This document shows positions 15,176 through 30,599 of a DNA stretch of 64,000 bases, one piece after another (position 1 is the stretch's first letter; each line of letters begins with the position of its first letter). Origin of the DNA: the human T2T-CHM13v2.0 reference genome, Homo sapiens. The stretch lies in the NCBI RefSeq assembly GCF_009914755.1, contig NC_060926.1; one strand, written 5' to 3'. The position numbers were made by a program, and so were the translations under genes. Under the pieces are notes generated by a model, which was given only the letters and a program-made list of their open reading frames with translations, made no database searches and had not been told where the DNA came from.

Positions 15176-15973
15176 AATTTCTCCTATTTAGAAACCTATT
15201 TGGACGTTATTATTTCAAAGAAAGTTCTAGGAGAGGATTAGAAAATATCGTGTGCGTGTGTGCAAGATTCCAGCGACTAGAGATGCTTGACTTGCAAAAG
15301 AGCTTTAGACACTTATGAAATATACGAGCTCAAGGTCAAAGAACTCTGAAATTTCCTGGGTGTGGTTCTTGCCAATGTGACGAAAGTTGATGTACTGCTA
15401 CTAGGAAAGTCCTGGCAAAATGGAGTGTATAAGGAACTTTCTGTACCGTTTATTTACTTATCAGGAAAAACATATGGTAAACAGAAATTGGCTCTTCAAA
15501 ATGCAACTGACCACCCTCCTCTACCCCAATTCTACCCCGTTAATACTTTCTGCCCCTATACAGGATACTCTTCTCATGCATCTAGCTTCATTTCTAATTA
15601 TTTACATTTCTTATTTCATAGGAACATTTGGCTAATAAGATTATACCAGATCATCCACCAATGTGCCATCCTAACTATGTAAATGACAGAGATCTGAAGA
15701 TCATTTTGTTTTCTATATGACAAAGTGAAAGTTATTTACCTCTATACTAAACATGTACTGGAATTGATATCATTAAATTTTGCCTTATAGTATGATAGGG
15801 AGACATTTCCATAAGCAATGTGTATCTATTGTAGAAAGATTGGAAAATTCTGAAGAGCACACAGAATAAAATAGAAATCGTGTAATCACACAATTCCAAT
15901 ATTGCTACTCTTATCATGTTGGGTTTTTGTTCTGCATCTTTTTGTAATATGATACCAGTTTTTGATGATCCAC

Positions 15974-16388
15974 TGTGTTAGCTTGTTCTCGCACTGCTAT
16001 AAAGAAAGACCCAAGACTGCGTAATGGATAAAGAAAAAAGGTTTAATTGGGTCATGATTCTGTAGGCTGTACAGGAAGCATAGTGGCTTCTGCTTCTGGG
16101 GTGGCTTCAGGAAACCTACGATCACGGCGGAAGATGAAGGGGGAGTGAACACCTCATATTGTTGGAACAGGAGCAAGAGAGAGAGGGGAGACTTGCTGAA
16201 CGCTTTTAAACAACCAGATCTTGTGAAAACTCTTATCAGGAGAACAGCACCGAGGGGATGGTGCTAAACCATTCATGAGAAACTGCACCCATCATCCAAG
16301 CATCTACCACCAGGCTCTGGAGATTACAACAATGGAGATTACAGTTTAACATGAGATTTGGGCAGGGACACAGATCCAAACTCTATCA
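15974..16388 (-). mobile_element. MSTA-like solo LTR
   Basis: tgtgttag...ctgctataaagaaa, ends cagatccaaactctatca; approximate TSD tccac/tccgc. Confidence 0.9.
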
Positions 16389-16494
16389 TCCGCCTTAATT
16401 AATTTCTGAAACTAGGTGAGAAAAAGACACATTTTGAAACTTTGATAGTACTCTCTGGTACTTTCTCCTTTAAAAGCAAAAAAAAAAAAAAAAG

Positions 16495-17945
<1,451 letters not shown>

Positions 17946-18099
17946 TATTAATAATTGCAAGGCTATGAAACAAACCCAAAGAGTTTTCTGAATTGATAAA
18001 GAGGGTTGATCTAGGAATATATGTGAGAAGTACAGGAAGTGAAGTTTTGGTTCAACTTAAATGAAATTGATTTTCTAATATTTTAAGATCACAAATAAT

Positions 18100-18285
18100 A
18101 ATAGTATGCTGAAACCAGCTTGTACTTCTTCATGAGAGAGGACTGTTAAATTTTAAGAAATCTAGCAAACTGACTGACATCAGGTTGGTAGACTGAAATT
18201 GACCATAGTGGGAGAATTTACATCATGGAAATTAGCAAATGCTACAAACCAAGGCTTCCCACCTCACTCACATGCAGCACACTAC
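18100..18285 (+). mobile_element. MER63A-like hAT DNA transposon fossil
   Basis: tgttaaattttaagaa, ttggtagactgaaattgacc, ggaaattagcaaatgctacaaacc. Confidence 0.7.
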
Positions 18286-18929
18286 AGCCACAGGGTATAG
18301 AAAGGTAATGTACATGACTGAACAGACCAGGTATCTAAAGTTAGGGAGTGGTCTAGACTATGACAAACTCAAGAGCCCTGTGTAAGGAAATCTCCTCAGT
18401 TCTAGACAGTTTGATATGGGAAAGGTGATTCAGCGTTTTCATTCTCTGTTTTATGAAATAAACCGAGAAATCTAGATATTTAAATGTGAAATTCTTTGAA
18501 TTTTAAAACACCATTAAAGAAGTGGGGAAAAGGTGCTCTTCGGCTGAATACAAGCTATGGGCCAACCATTTTCAACTTTTGTTTAAAAAATGTGAGTTCC
18601 TTTTTCTCACTATGTCAAGCAGAGGGTAAGTGTTGTGGAGAATGGCAAAAGAGAATTCTTGCTTTGATAATTCTTAATGGAGGAAGTGTAAGGCCCTTCC
18701 AATGCAAAAACCTTCATGACTTTAGGAGGCTTTTCTTCTCCAAATGCCTTTTATTATTTGGGGGCATCACTCATGTACAGTCACGTGATATCTCTGTGGT
18801 CATGTTGAACTCCGCTTTATCTCTTGCACCAAGGGATACTGAAATCTGTGTTCTGGAAAGTTTGGAGACTAATGATTTCATAGCATCTTAGAATATTAGG
18901 GCTGGTAGATGATTGGTAAATCAACCAGC

Positions 18930-19053
18930 CTAAGGGTTTTTAACCCAGAATCCATAACTGAGCCTGGATGGTGGTTACAAATCCACTGAAAGTGTTCCAT
19001 AGATTTCATCCATTATTCAAGTGTTCATGATCCAAAACTGGGTAAGAACCACC
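18930..19053. mobile_element. MER103-like hAT-Charlie fossil
   Basis: Degenerate terminal inverted repeats gggtttttaacc ... ggtaagaaccacc. Confidence 0.55.
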
Positions 19054-19129
19054 AATACATTAAGTTTCTTCAGTTACTCAACAGAGGTGGATAGAGTACT
19101 GGCTCCGTGCCAAATTACATGGGTAAACA

Positions 19130-19400
19130 CTGGAGAACAAGCAAAATAGACACCTGAGTCTCTCTCCTCAAGGTGCATAAAATCTTGAAGAGGAGGCATA
19201 CAATTAAACAAGCAACTATAATAAAGCACAGTTATCCTGTGACAAAAGAAGCACAAAGGATTGGGAAACTCATAAACGAGTATCTATCTTAGCCTAAGAT
19301 GGATGGGTCAAGTGTTTTTAGGAAGAAGTATTGAAAGAAGTGACATTTAAATTAAAATCTGGAGGAAGAGTAGTAACTGGCCATTTGAAAAGATGGTTAT
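19130..19400 (-). mobile_element. L2 fragment
   Basis: Purine-rich antisense L2 pattern (gaagtgacatttaaattaaaatctggagga). Confidence 0.5.
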
Positions 19401-20264
19401 CCCTCCAAATAGTTCAGAACCAGACTATAAACAGCAATTTCATTTAACATAGAAAGAAACTGAGACCTAAAAACCTGGAAAATCTTCCTCAAGTGACTTG
19501 AATACAGCATATACTGAAGAAAAGTTTGACATATGAATATGAATGAGTAAACAAACAATAAAAACAAAGACTCCTCTGTTGCAGAACACTGAGAAAGCTC
19601 GTTTACCTCTCCTCTGGGATTTATCCACCCATGTTGGAAACTGAGAATGCAATAACCCAACATCATGAGGAGAATCAATTAATCAACCCAATGAGGCTAG
19701 TTTTTCCATAGATTGTGGCTTTGGCTGACTTGGCCTTATTCTTTGCCTGTTGGAATTGTTCCTGCCTCTACATGCAGCCCTGCTTCTTAACCCATCATAA
19801 GTTTGAGCAGGAAGAATAAAAGAATGAAACTTAGTGGACCCCACTTTTAAGATGCCAAATACACTTTCCTTTCTTTGTAGGATTGGATATAGGAAAACAT
19901 TATTTGTATACCCCTAAATTTTAAAGAACTTCTTGGGTGAGAAGCCTTGATCATGCCTTATATTTTCAGATCAGATCTTTTCAGACTTTCTTTTAAAAAA
20001 TGCAGTCATTAAAATATTCACTTTTGGTCCCTGTTTTCTTCCTTATGACACCTGCTACATGATTATAAAACCCCACACCTCTGAGGAATTCACTTTTAAG
20101 GAAATAAGTATTAATAAAAATTGTAACTGTATGTCAGAGAAAACATTTTCTGTCATCTCTGAGACATTTGGGTACCAAGGATCCCAAGATTCTAAAGAAA
20201 AGTTATAAATATCTACCTGTAAGACTTGCTAAAAGTTGGCCAAAACCTTAATTGGGACTCTTAT

Positions 20265-20362
20265 GTTACTTATCCTAACTACAACACTTTGAGAGCAAAA
20301 GAGGGCACTATTAGTAATTACACAGGGTCAAGAGGTATAAACCAGAATACATGATAACTTTA
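20265..20362 (+). mobile_element. MER81-like hAT fossil
   Basis: acactttgagagcaaaagagggcactattagtaattacacaggg resembles the MER81 core. Confidence 0.6.
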
Positions 20363-20502
20363 AGGCAATATTTCTCTCCAGCCCAAACAAAAGACAAAGA
20401 ATGATTTTTAGCCCCTGTCAAGGTTAATGAAGGGGGATCCAAGAGTAATTAGGTTATTTTTTCCTTACCACCTGGGTGACTGTTGAAATAAAGTAACTCA
20501 CA

Positions 20503-20940
20503 GGTTATAGTTGAATGGTGGCCTCCAAAAATAATATCTACGTCCTAACTCCCAAAACTGTTGAATGTGACCTTATTTGGAAAAAGGATCTTCACAGATG
20601 TAATTAGGAATCTTAAGGAGTGATCATCCTGGATTACTCAAATTGGCCCTAAATCCAATGACAATTGTCCTCATAAGAGACAAAAGAAGAGAAGGTAAAG
20701 ACACAGAAGAAAAGTCCACATGAAGATAGAGGCAAAGATTGAGGACCAAGGAGTGTCTGGAGCTACCAGAAGCTGGAAGAAAAAGGAAGGATTCTCCCCT
20801 CAAGACATTGGAGGGGACATTGTCTCACTGACACTTGATTTTAAACTTCTGCCTCCAGAACTGTAAAAGAATAACATTCTGCCATTTTAAGCTACCAAGT
20901 TTGGCATAACTTGTTACAGCAGCCCTGGAAAATTAATATA
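20503..20940 (+). mobile_element. MLT1C-like LTR
   Basis: gaatgtgaccttatttggaaa, ccagaagctggaaga, cctccagaactgt, ttgttacagcagccc. Confidence 0.88.
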
Positions 20941-21246
20941 AAAACCCATAAAAAAATGGAGCACAAGAGAATTTTGGGGAAGATTATTATTTTGAGTTTA
21001 AAGTTATAGAGCCTCATGTCTGACCCCTGCAATGTCAAGGAGAGGAGAGAAGGCCACAGGCAGAGCAAGTTGCACTTCCACAGAGAGCAGAGCAAAGATT
21101 CATGTTTTCTTTGGACTAAGTAAACACCTCTGTGATTTGTAATGGAAAGACCATTAGATTTGTAATGGAAAGACCATTCCCAAGAGGTCTGCTTTCAGAG
21201 ATAAAGCGACCCCAGCAATGGACTGCTAGGGCCAGAGCTGAGGAAG

Positions 21247-21892
21247 TGTATTAGTTATCTACTGCTATATGACAAATAATCCCCAAATTTATCAGCATTA
21301 AACAACACATATTTAATGTATCACACCATTTCTAAGGATCAGCAATCTGGGAGCAGCTCAGCTGGTGATTCTAGCTCAGAGTCTCTTATGAGATTGCACA
21401 CAAGCTGTCATGTGGGCTACCATCATCTGAAGGCTTGACTGGGGCTGTAGGATCCATATTCAAGTTCACTCACATGGCTGTTAGAAGGTGGCTTCAGTAG
21501 TCTTCATAGGGTTACTTGCAACATAGTTGCTGGGTTTTTCAGGAGCAAGCAGTGTGGTAGAGAGGGGTGGGGAGAGGCCAAGAGGGAAGCTACAGTATGT
21601 TTTTTTTTATTATTTATGTATTTATTTTATAGAGATTGAGTCTCACTGTGTTGTTCAGGCTGGTCTTGAACTGCTGGCCTCAAGCAATTCTCCTGCCTCA
21701 GCCTCCCAAAGTGTTGGGATTAGAGGTGTGAGTCACCATGCCCAGCTGCTACAGAATGTTTTATAACCTAACCTTGGAAGGATATACCATAATTTCTCCT
21801 GTATTAAATATCAAGGGTGGTATAATGTGGGACTACACAAGGGTGAATACCACGAGAGAGGTAATTATTGGGATCCATCTGGTGGCTTCCAC
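21247..21892 (-). mobile_element. MLT1F-like LTR interrupted by FLAM
   Basis: tgtattagttatctactgc, catctgaaggcttgactggggctg, tacacaagggtgaatacc. Confidence 0.75.
21600..21746 (-). mobile_element. FLAM / Alu left monomer
   Basis: Single monomer; TSD gctacagtatgtttt / gctacagaatgtttt. Confidence 0.85.
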
Positions 21893-22849
21893 AGGCAGAG
21901 TTGTAAAGAGAAAGTGTATAGTAGCCATCAGGGATTTGTGTCATCAGGAGGTAACCTGTGATTATAGTAGTCATGGAGTGGCCTTCCAAAACACCATGAA
22001 GCCATCACAAAGAGAAAGAGCCATTGGATGCCTAATATGACAAAGGGCTTCAATAACCAAGAGAGAACTACAAGAACTATAGATGACACCTTCTAAGTTC
22101 AAAGAACTTTACCCCCTTCTCCTTTATTTTCTTTCCCCACAATTCTACCTTCATAACAGAGTCAGAAACAGCAGGGGTGGTTGGAGAGAAAGCAAATCAA
22201 AGAAAAGAGAAAAAAGATGGATAATGATACTTGCTTCACAGCCTGTCAAAGGAAATTCAGAGGAAGTATGAGTTGGTAAAAAAGTAGAGACTCTGAATTT
22301 GATGAAAATTTGAAGTTTTTATTTTGCTTACTTTTTATTATGAAAAATTTCATTCATTTGCAAGAGTAGAGAGAATAGCATAATGACCCCAGCTTCAGCA
22401 ATTGTTAACATTTTGTCACCTGCTTGTTTATTCATGGCTGTGTTCCTCTTCCTCTGTTTTCATTTTTTTCTCATCTTCTATGATTTCTTAGACTTCTCTG
22501 ACCAACATTGCCCAGAGAGCTTCTGTTTTTCTGAAGTTCTGGTTAAGTTTCAGTAGAGCCTAGAGCCCAGAGCCCAGATTTTAGAGTATCAACATCCTTC
22601 ACTCTGTTCTCATCTCGAGGGCTCCAACAGATGCCAGTATTAACTAACAAAGATTTAAGAAAGAGAAAGAAAGCAGGGAACAGAAGGGACAGGACAAAAG
22701 ATGGACATCAACAACTAGATTCAGAAACAGACTTCCTGGACTAGAGCAGGAGGGTTATGGATAGCTTGTGCTCAGGACTGGCCAATGTGCAGAAGCTGCT
22801 GAAAGGCCTGGGAGTGATTTCATATTATAGGTGCCAGGAGAGATCAGGA

Positions 22850-22985
22850 TAGGCAGTACAGTGAAAAGAATCTAAAACTAAAAGTCAAGAGTGGGTGTTC
22901 ATCCCAGATCTGCTTCTAATTTTCAATGCAACCTAGGTCAAATCACATCTCTCTGGTCTCCAGGGTCTTCTTTTGCAAAAATCAG
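22850..22985 (+). mobile_element. MIR fragment
   Basis: cagtgaaaagaa...atcccagatctgc...ttttgcaaaa. Confidence 0.5.
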
Positions 22986-23026
22986 TGGTAGGAATTGACA
23001 AGCTAACTTTAAAATTCATCTAAAAC

Positions 23027-23250
23027 AATCTCTTTCAACTTATTATTATTATTAATATTATCACCACCCAAAAGAGCCCTTTTAATTTTTTTCTAATCAT
23101 CCCCCTATAAAATATTAATACCACCAATATGTATCTGTTTATCTACTGCATTTATATCTTATGCATAAAACAGTAAGATTTTTTTTGCTCACTAAAAACT
23201 AATTTTCACCCTCTTGGGGGTGATATCACACAAGTCATTGAGAATGTATG
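23027..23250 (-). mobile_element. MER106-like hAT fossil within an old L1
   Basis: ttttcaccctcttgggggtgatatc...ttgagaatgtatg terminus. Confidence 0.6.
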
Positions 23251-23539
23251 GTCTAGAATTTAAAAGGTAGAAAATAATTTCAAAAAAATACAGAACAAGA
23301 AGAAATATGAAAGACCACTTTCCTAACCTAACATCAAAACATGCTAAAAATTAAATTAATAAAAAAAGTGTTGGTATAGCAATAAAAAATGAAGCAGAAT
23401 AGCATCTTGAAATATATTCACATATATATAAAATATTTAGGAATTCATTTTGATTAGCTTGGCATTTCAAAATCAGTGAACAAAAAATATTTAAAAAGTG
23501 ATTTTGGGGAAATAGACAACCACTTGGAAAAACTAACTA

Positions 23540-23896
<357 letters not shown>

Positions 23897-24793
23897 TTAA
23901 ATCTATAAAAATTTTATAAAAGATTTGGAAAGTACAGAAAATATGTTTTATATTTTAATTTTTTCTATTATTTCATAGGGGCTTTTTTCATTTAAACTTT
24001 ATCTTATCGTCTCTTTATATTGTTCTAGTATTTTTAGTTCTCTGGGGACTTTTTCTCGTGTGTTGTACGTACAGACATCCTCTTTCTCTCTCATGGTGAT
24101 TTCTCTCTTCTTGTGGTTTGTAATTTTTTAGTGTGAGCTCATCTTTGGTAGAATTGGGCCCCAGTTTATGAAAGCAGACCCATAGAGTGCTTTTGCATCC
24201 GTCTCATCTGAACTTCCCGGGATTCTGCATTCATATGTATATTAATTAATTCTTGTTTGGGAATCTCATACCACATGGGGAGTGTAAATTAATATCTCAT
24301 AAAGTAGCATAGCAGAGGGGTTTCAGTTTCTCCTGGTAGATCTTTTCCTCTCCACTGAAAGTCTGTAGAAGACAGTGAAGTTCTTCCACTTTCATACTGG
24401 AAGGTCTTTTAAGGATTCTAGCTCTATGTAAAGCTCTGCCTGTCTCTCATGGAAGTCCCAGGGGCACAGAACTCACATGTCTCATAAATGATCCAGCATT
24501 TGGACACCTGTCACACAGGAGGTTTCAACCACCACTTTTGTGCAGGCCATGGAGACAGCCTGATAGCCACCCTTCCAGGCAAGGGAAGTGACGTTTGCCC
24601 CTTTGACTCATCACTGCCACCACCACACCCACACCCCAAGTTTGAGTTCTGTAATGAGGCCTGCAATGAGGAACAAAGAGGAGGGGAGAAAATAGGAGTT
24701 TTAAGTTGGACTATGGTGAGTTTGCTGTTGTTCAAATTACTGAGAGACCAGGCCTAGATGTCCTGAAGTGGTTTGAAATGAGGATTAGATGGA

Positions 24794-25149
24794 GTAATGT
24801 GGTTTGAATGTTTGTGTCTTCTCTAAATTCATATATTGAAATCTTAACTTTCACAGTGATATTAGGAGGTGAGGCCTTTGGGAGATGATTACGTCATGAG
24901 GGTAGAGCCCTTATGATTGTATTTAGTGCCCTCGTAAAAGAGATCCCAGAGAGCTAGCTAGCCCCTTCTGCCATGTGAGGACACAGCAAAAAGATCCCAT
25001 CTATAAGCCAGAAAACAAGTCCTCACCAGACACCAGATCTGCCTTGATCTTGGACTTCCCAGCTCCAGAACTGTGAGAGATAATTTTATATTGCTTATAA
25101 GCTACCCCATTTATGGTATTCTGTTTAGTCTCTCAAATGGACTGAGACC
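24794..25149 (+). mobile_element. MLT1A-like LTR
   Basis: gccatgtgaggacacagc, cctcaccagacacc, ttgatcttggacttccc, ends atggactgagac. Confidence 0.88.
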
Positions 25150-25414
25150 TGGGATATGGTTGGAGAAAAATAAAACACTGTCGTATTTGTATCACAGGAG
25201 TCCAGAATGTTTATTAAACTAATAATACGCCTATGTAAAAAGATTGTGGAGTTCTTAAATCAAATAAAGTAAGAGTCCATTTCACTGATAAGTGAAAAAA
25301 GCAAGTCATACAGCAACATGTATCATACAATCCCATTCACATAATTTTTAAAAAATATTCTTTCTAAATACCTTTCTATCTATGTTTCTGTCGACCTGCT
25401 TATTTATCTACATA

Positions 25415-25660
25415 AAGCGTAGCATGTCATTTACTAGCTCTGTTAGCTTGGGTAATTTGCTTAGCCTCTCTGTGACCTAGTACACCTCTCTCCCTCAGTG
25501 GTAGAAAAGGAACAATACTCTTTTACCATTGTAAAAGAGTAAATTCCATAATGGTAAATACATTATGGAATTTTGTAAAGATTATATGAGTTGATCTAGG
25601 TCAATATTTTAGAATAGGGTCTGGTATTTGGTAAGTGCTATAAATTTTGTTACTATTACT
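25415..25660 (+). mobile_element. MIR with an internal hairpin-bearing segment
   Basis: catttactagctctgttagcttggg...gcctctctgtg; ends ggtaagtgctataaat. Confidence 0.7.
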
Positions 25661-26359
25661 CTATTTGATGCATATCAAAAGGCCTGAAAAGATATTTACC
25701 AACCTCTTCATGACAATTACTTCAGGATCGAGGAGCACGATTGGATAGAGAGCCAAAAGTCCAATTTTCACTTTTTTTCCATCCCCAACCACCCTTAGGA
25801 TTGCTAGAATATTTATGCAGAAAATGTTTAATTTTAAAACATAAAAATAAAACAAAATGATTGTTCTAAAAAATAACCACATATCCCTTCAATAATAATT
25901 TTTAAAATAAATCTTACAAGACTTAGTGGCTTTATTTGCCACTTCTCATCCACCTGCTAAAGCTAGCACTTGTTTTGTAATCCTATATCATCAGTTATCT
26001 TTCTACATGAAAGTTTTGGCTTTCCAAGTAGACTATCAGCTATGTCAATGCCAGCACCATCTCACACACTACTTGTAATCCCATCATGATAAATGCATTG
26101 CAAACACAATGCAATACAATGTGACTAATGTCTAGGCCAACTTATTAATCCCCTCTTAAAGCCAGAGATGCAGAGTGTATCAGCCCTTTTAAAAGTCAGT
26201 TTAGACATTAAGTCCTCCAAGTTTCCATTAACCACACTTGCTCCCCTGAGTCATCAGCAGTTTCCACTACAAACAATCTAGATTTTAGGTCTCATAATAG
26301 CAATAATAGTAACAGCTAACATTTAGATATTTCCTATATGTATCAACAATGTTCTCTTT

Positions 26360-26928
26360 AGCTGTTCTCAAATGTTCTGGTCTTTAGTCCCTTCTATATC
26401 CTTCCATGAGGACACTGAAGAGCTTTGGTTTATGTTGGTTATGTCTATCTGTATTTACAATATAATTAAGACTGAGAAAATTTCAAAATATTTATTAATT
26501 TATTTAAAAATAATGGTTCAGACAAATCAGATTTAAAATTTTAAATAAAATAATTATAAATGTGCTAAAATAAATGTTTTTAATGAAATTAATGTATTTT
26601 TCAAAACTAATTGTGAGAAGAGTGATTTTTTTTACATTTTTGTAAATCTCTTTAATGCCTGGCTTAATGAAAGACATCTGGATTCTCCCATGCATTCATT
26701 CTGTTTAGATATCACATGTCAGGTGATCTCTGGAAAACTCCACTCTACACTCATGAGATAATAAGAGGGAAAGGCATATAACATGTTAGCATTAGTATGA
26801 AGATAAAAAGGGAGGGAGAAAGGTAAGCCATTTCTTCACATTATTAGGGAAATAGTTTTGATCTTCCATAGCCCCTTTAAGGACCTTAGAATCCCAAAAG
26901 TCCCCAAACCACACTTTGAGAAGATCAC
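26360..26928. mobile_element. MER119-like hAT-Charlie fossil inserted in an antisense MIR (26300-26360 and 26950-27115)
   Basis: Inverted termini gttctcaaa ... cacactttgagaa; gtaaatctctttaatgcctggcttaat. Confidence 0.7.
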
Positions 26929-28598
26929 AATTTGAGGATAGCTGTTTTACTTATCCTTACAAAACACTATAAATACTATTATTCTCCTTTCAAAGATAAG
27001 GAAATTAATGTCCAGAGGGGTTAGGGAAACTTCCTAAAGTTACACAGCTAGTAAGTGGAAGAGCCAGGATTTGAACCAAAATACAGATCCTTAATCTTTA
27101 TGCTATACTGCCTTTATAGCAGCCTGTACATAGCTACATAGCTCCTTGTCCTGCTATACCGACCATTTAGAGGTTAATGATTGTCTTTTTCTATCTCATC
27201 TACTTGATTATTTAATTGATGTATCATCTATCTATTTGTCCATCTACTTATCTGCCCATCGTCTATCTACTGGAGATAATAGATCTATCATCTATCGCTG
27301 GAGTGATCATTTGTAATTTATCTTTGTATCACTTTTCCTGACAGTGTCTGGTGATGTAATTTGAATAAATGAACGAATAAAAGCATGGGTAGATTTTTTT
27401 TTCCTGATGTTGATACAAGTAACATTATGAATGAAAAAATAATTTCTTCAATGATTGCTTCAATCCCTACTATAGCCCTCACTGTATGATGTATAATTTC
27501 TTGTCTTAAGGCTAGGAACAGGTAGAGATAGGGCAGCCTTTGCAATAGATTCTGTAGTAAGTGGTGCTGGAAATGCGCTGAGAGAAAGCAGAGATCTAAA
27601 GCTATTTCAACACTGTGCTTATGAGTCAGAAGTACACCAGTAAATCTGAAGTTCACATCCTTAGCAAAACTTCACTTGCCTTTCCAGTATTAAGTTAACA
27701 TTGGATGGCTCCAAATTATACATTGTCATAAGCTTGGAAGGTCTGTTCCCAGCCTTTCAGTTCAACCACATAAACATCCATGGGTCCTTTGTGCCTTCAG
27801 TTGTGAACATCAATAATTTAATAGACCTGGAATATGAGAAGTAGGAAAGAAAACCCTTGAGCTCATATATCCAACAATATTTCATTATGGTCAATCTCAT
27901 TCGAATGCTGGTGTTAGGCAACAAACACTTGGTTTATAGTTTTATGTTGAGTTGATTGTTGAAAGTAGTACTTTGTACATCACCACAAATATGGGGGTCT
28001 GTTGTGACCCACAGAATGATACGTGGGGCTTTACAGGCTGCCATTTTAATCAGAAGAACAATGGCATAACTAGACTATTGTTTCACTTTGCCTTTCTAAT
28101 GTAAAGTTCTGAAAAAGAAACATGTAACTGGCTGTGAGTAGGTAAAACAGAAAACTAGGAGGAGGAAGAGAAGAAGGAGAAAAGGGAACATTTCTGTGCT
28201 TACCTTAAGTTAAATAAACCTTACTAAATACTTTTCCTGATTATTCTCAAAGCATACCCTGCTTTCTCTGCAATCAGGGTCTTACCCTCATTGCCAGCAA
28301 CCTGAGTCATTGTCTCATTTTCAATTTTGACCTGCAGGTACTCGAGAGTTGTGAAAGTTTTGTTGTTCTTAAACTCTTTCTGACCAGGAAAGAGCCAAAA
28401 GGGACCAGGGCTCAAGGTAAATAAACCTTAGGTAGACAGAGCAGTGTCAGGAAGCCTCAGAGAAAATCACACATCCAAAAAATGCCGTATCTCACTCATG
28501 ACAATCTTTCCAGCCCATATACTCTTGTTCAATCCCACGACAGAATAGAAGTCATTAAGGCAAATTGCCACTCTTTCTCCAAAAGAAAATGCCTCTGT

Positions 28599-29330
28599 GG
28601 GTGACAATTATTAAAAAGTCAGAAAACAATAAATGCTGGTGAGGCTGTGGAGAAATAGAAACACTTTTACACTGTTAGTGGGAATGTGAATTAGTTCAAC
28701 CATTGTGGAAGACAGTGTGCCAATTCCTCAAAGATCTAGAACCAGAGATACTATTTGACTCAGCAACCCCATTACTGGGTATATACCCAAAGGAATATAA
28801 ATAATTCTGCTATAAAGTCACATGCACACATATGTTTGTTGCAGTACTATTTACAATAGCAAAGACATGGAACCAACCCAAATGCCCATGAATAATAGAC
28901 TGGGTAAAGACAATGTGGTACATGTACACCATGGAATACTATGCAGCCATGAAAAGAAATGAGATCATGTTCTTTGCAGGGACATGATGAAGCTGGAAGC
29001 CCTCATCCTCAGCAAACTAACACAGGAACAGAAAACCAAACACCACATGTTCTCACTCATATGTGGGAGTCGTGGGAGTTGAACATTGAGAACACATGTA
29101 CACAGAAAGGGGAACAGCACACACTGGGGCCTATTGAGGGGTGCATGGTGAGGGGAGGGAACTTAGAGGACAGGTCAATAGGTGCAGCAAAGCACAATGG
29201 CACACATATACCTATGTAACAAACCTGCACGTTCTGCACATGTATCCTGTTTTCTGTGGGGTTTTTTTTTTGTTTGCTTCTTTTGTTTTGTTTTAGAAGA
29301 AATAAAGAAAAAAAAGGAATCTAAAAAAAG
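28599..29330 (+). mobile_element. 5'-truncated L1PA (L1PA8A-like) 3' end
   Basis: L1PA 3' UTR with a T-tract before the tail; perfect 15-bp TSD agaaaatgcctctgt at 28584-28598 and 29331-29345. Confidence 0.94.
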
Positions 29331-30599
29331 AGAAAATGCCTCTGTTGGAGCATGTTGCCTCCCGTGGCACCTGAGGCTGGGTGACTCAGTTCCATTCACA
29401 TCACCTCATCACCTCCTGCTTTACGAAACACAAAAAGATTACCGTAATCCATTAACAGTAATAGAAAATCTTCTAACCAGGGATGAAAAGAGTGACATCT
29501 CTGGATGATCAATTAGGAAAAATACAATTCATAGTGACAAAGATGGAAAATAACCTGTTACAAGTGTATGGTAAGCTGAAACAATTAATTAAAATTAAAT
29601 GGCTGGAAAGCATTATTTGATAAATGCTAAATGTTAAAAAGAAAAATAAGCTAAATGATTTCTAACTATTTTATGATGGTAATTCACTCAAAGGTAGATA
29701 ATCCAAAGAGAGATGATAATGAGTAGATGTTTTCCAAGGAAATGTTTATTTAACAAGAATACACATTATTTATGTTTTTACCTTCTTCTAAGATAGGAGC
29801 CATACAGTAATATCTTCTAGAACAGTTTTGCTCCAAGCAGTGACTTCTGGAACAGTGATTGTATATGATGAATAATGTGACCTTTTATACGCTATTATCT
29901 GCCTCATTTGAAGTTCAACAGATGTATTACCACAATTAAATATTTCCAGCTAAAATACCAATTCTGGGAACAATTACCATATTCATTGTGAAACCTTCCC
30001 ACTCACTAATCTCTATTGTCTGTGAAGGTCTGGGCCTCCTGTGCTTCTAGTATGGTTCAAAGTATTGAGTCACTGGACTAACTTCCTGAAGCAGGTATGA
30101 TTTTAGAGACTGCTCATGGCCTCGGCTTGTGCTACGTACCTAGACACAGTCTACACACACACATCCCACCATGAATTCTGATTATTTACCTGCACTTTCA
30201 TTTTGAACCTCCTCTCTTATTTGGGACTTGATGCTTACCACTGCTTTTCTAATCATGATCTTGGTGTTGTGTTGCCTTTGCGAGTTGATCAAGATGCTGA
30301 AGTATACGCAGCAGAAATTACCCTGGCTAATTTCAGCAGAAAAAATTATTAAAGGCATATTGACTAGTTCACAGAATCTCTGGGAAGCCTGAAGCTTTTG
30401 AGGTCATATAGTAAACAGAGATTGTGTATGATGAATATATGTATAATGTATATGTAGTAAAGTCTAACATCTAAAATGATCGTGCAGAAGTAGTCTTGTG
30501 AAGACCCTCCTACCGCTCCCACTAAGCTGTAGGTGCCACTGCTTGCACTAGCAACCCCTCTGGGATTGGGCACAGGATGCCCTGTTAGAGGTCTATGAG

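Noticed and set aside
27195-27300. Degenerate (TATC)n tract
   Set aside because: An ordinary decayed microsatellite.
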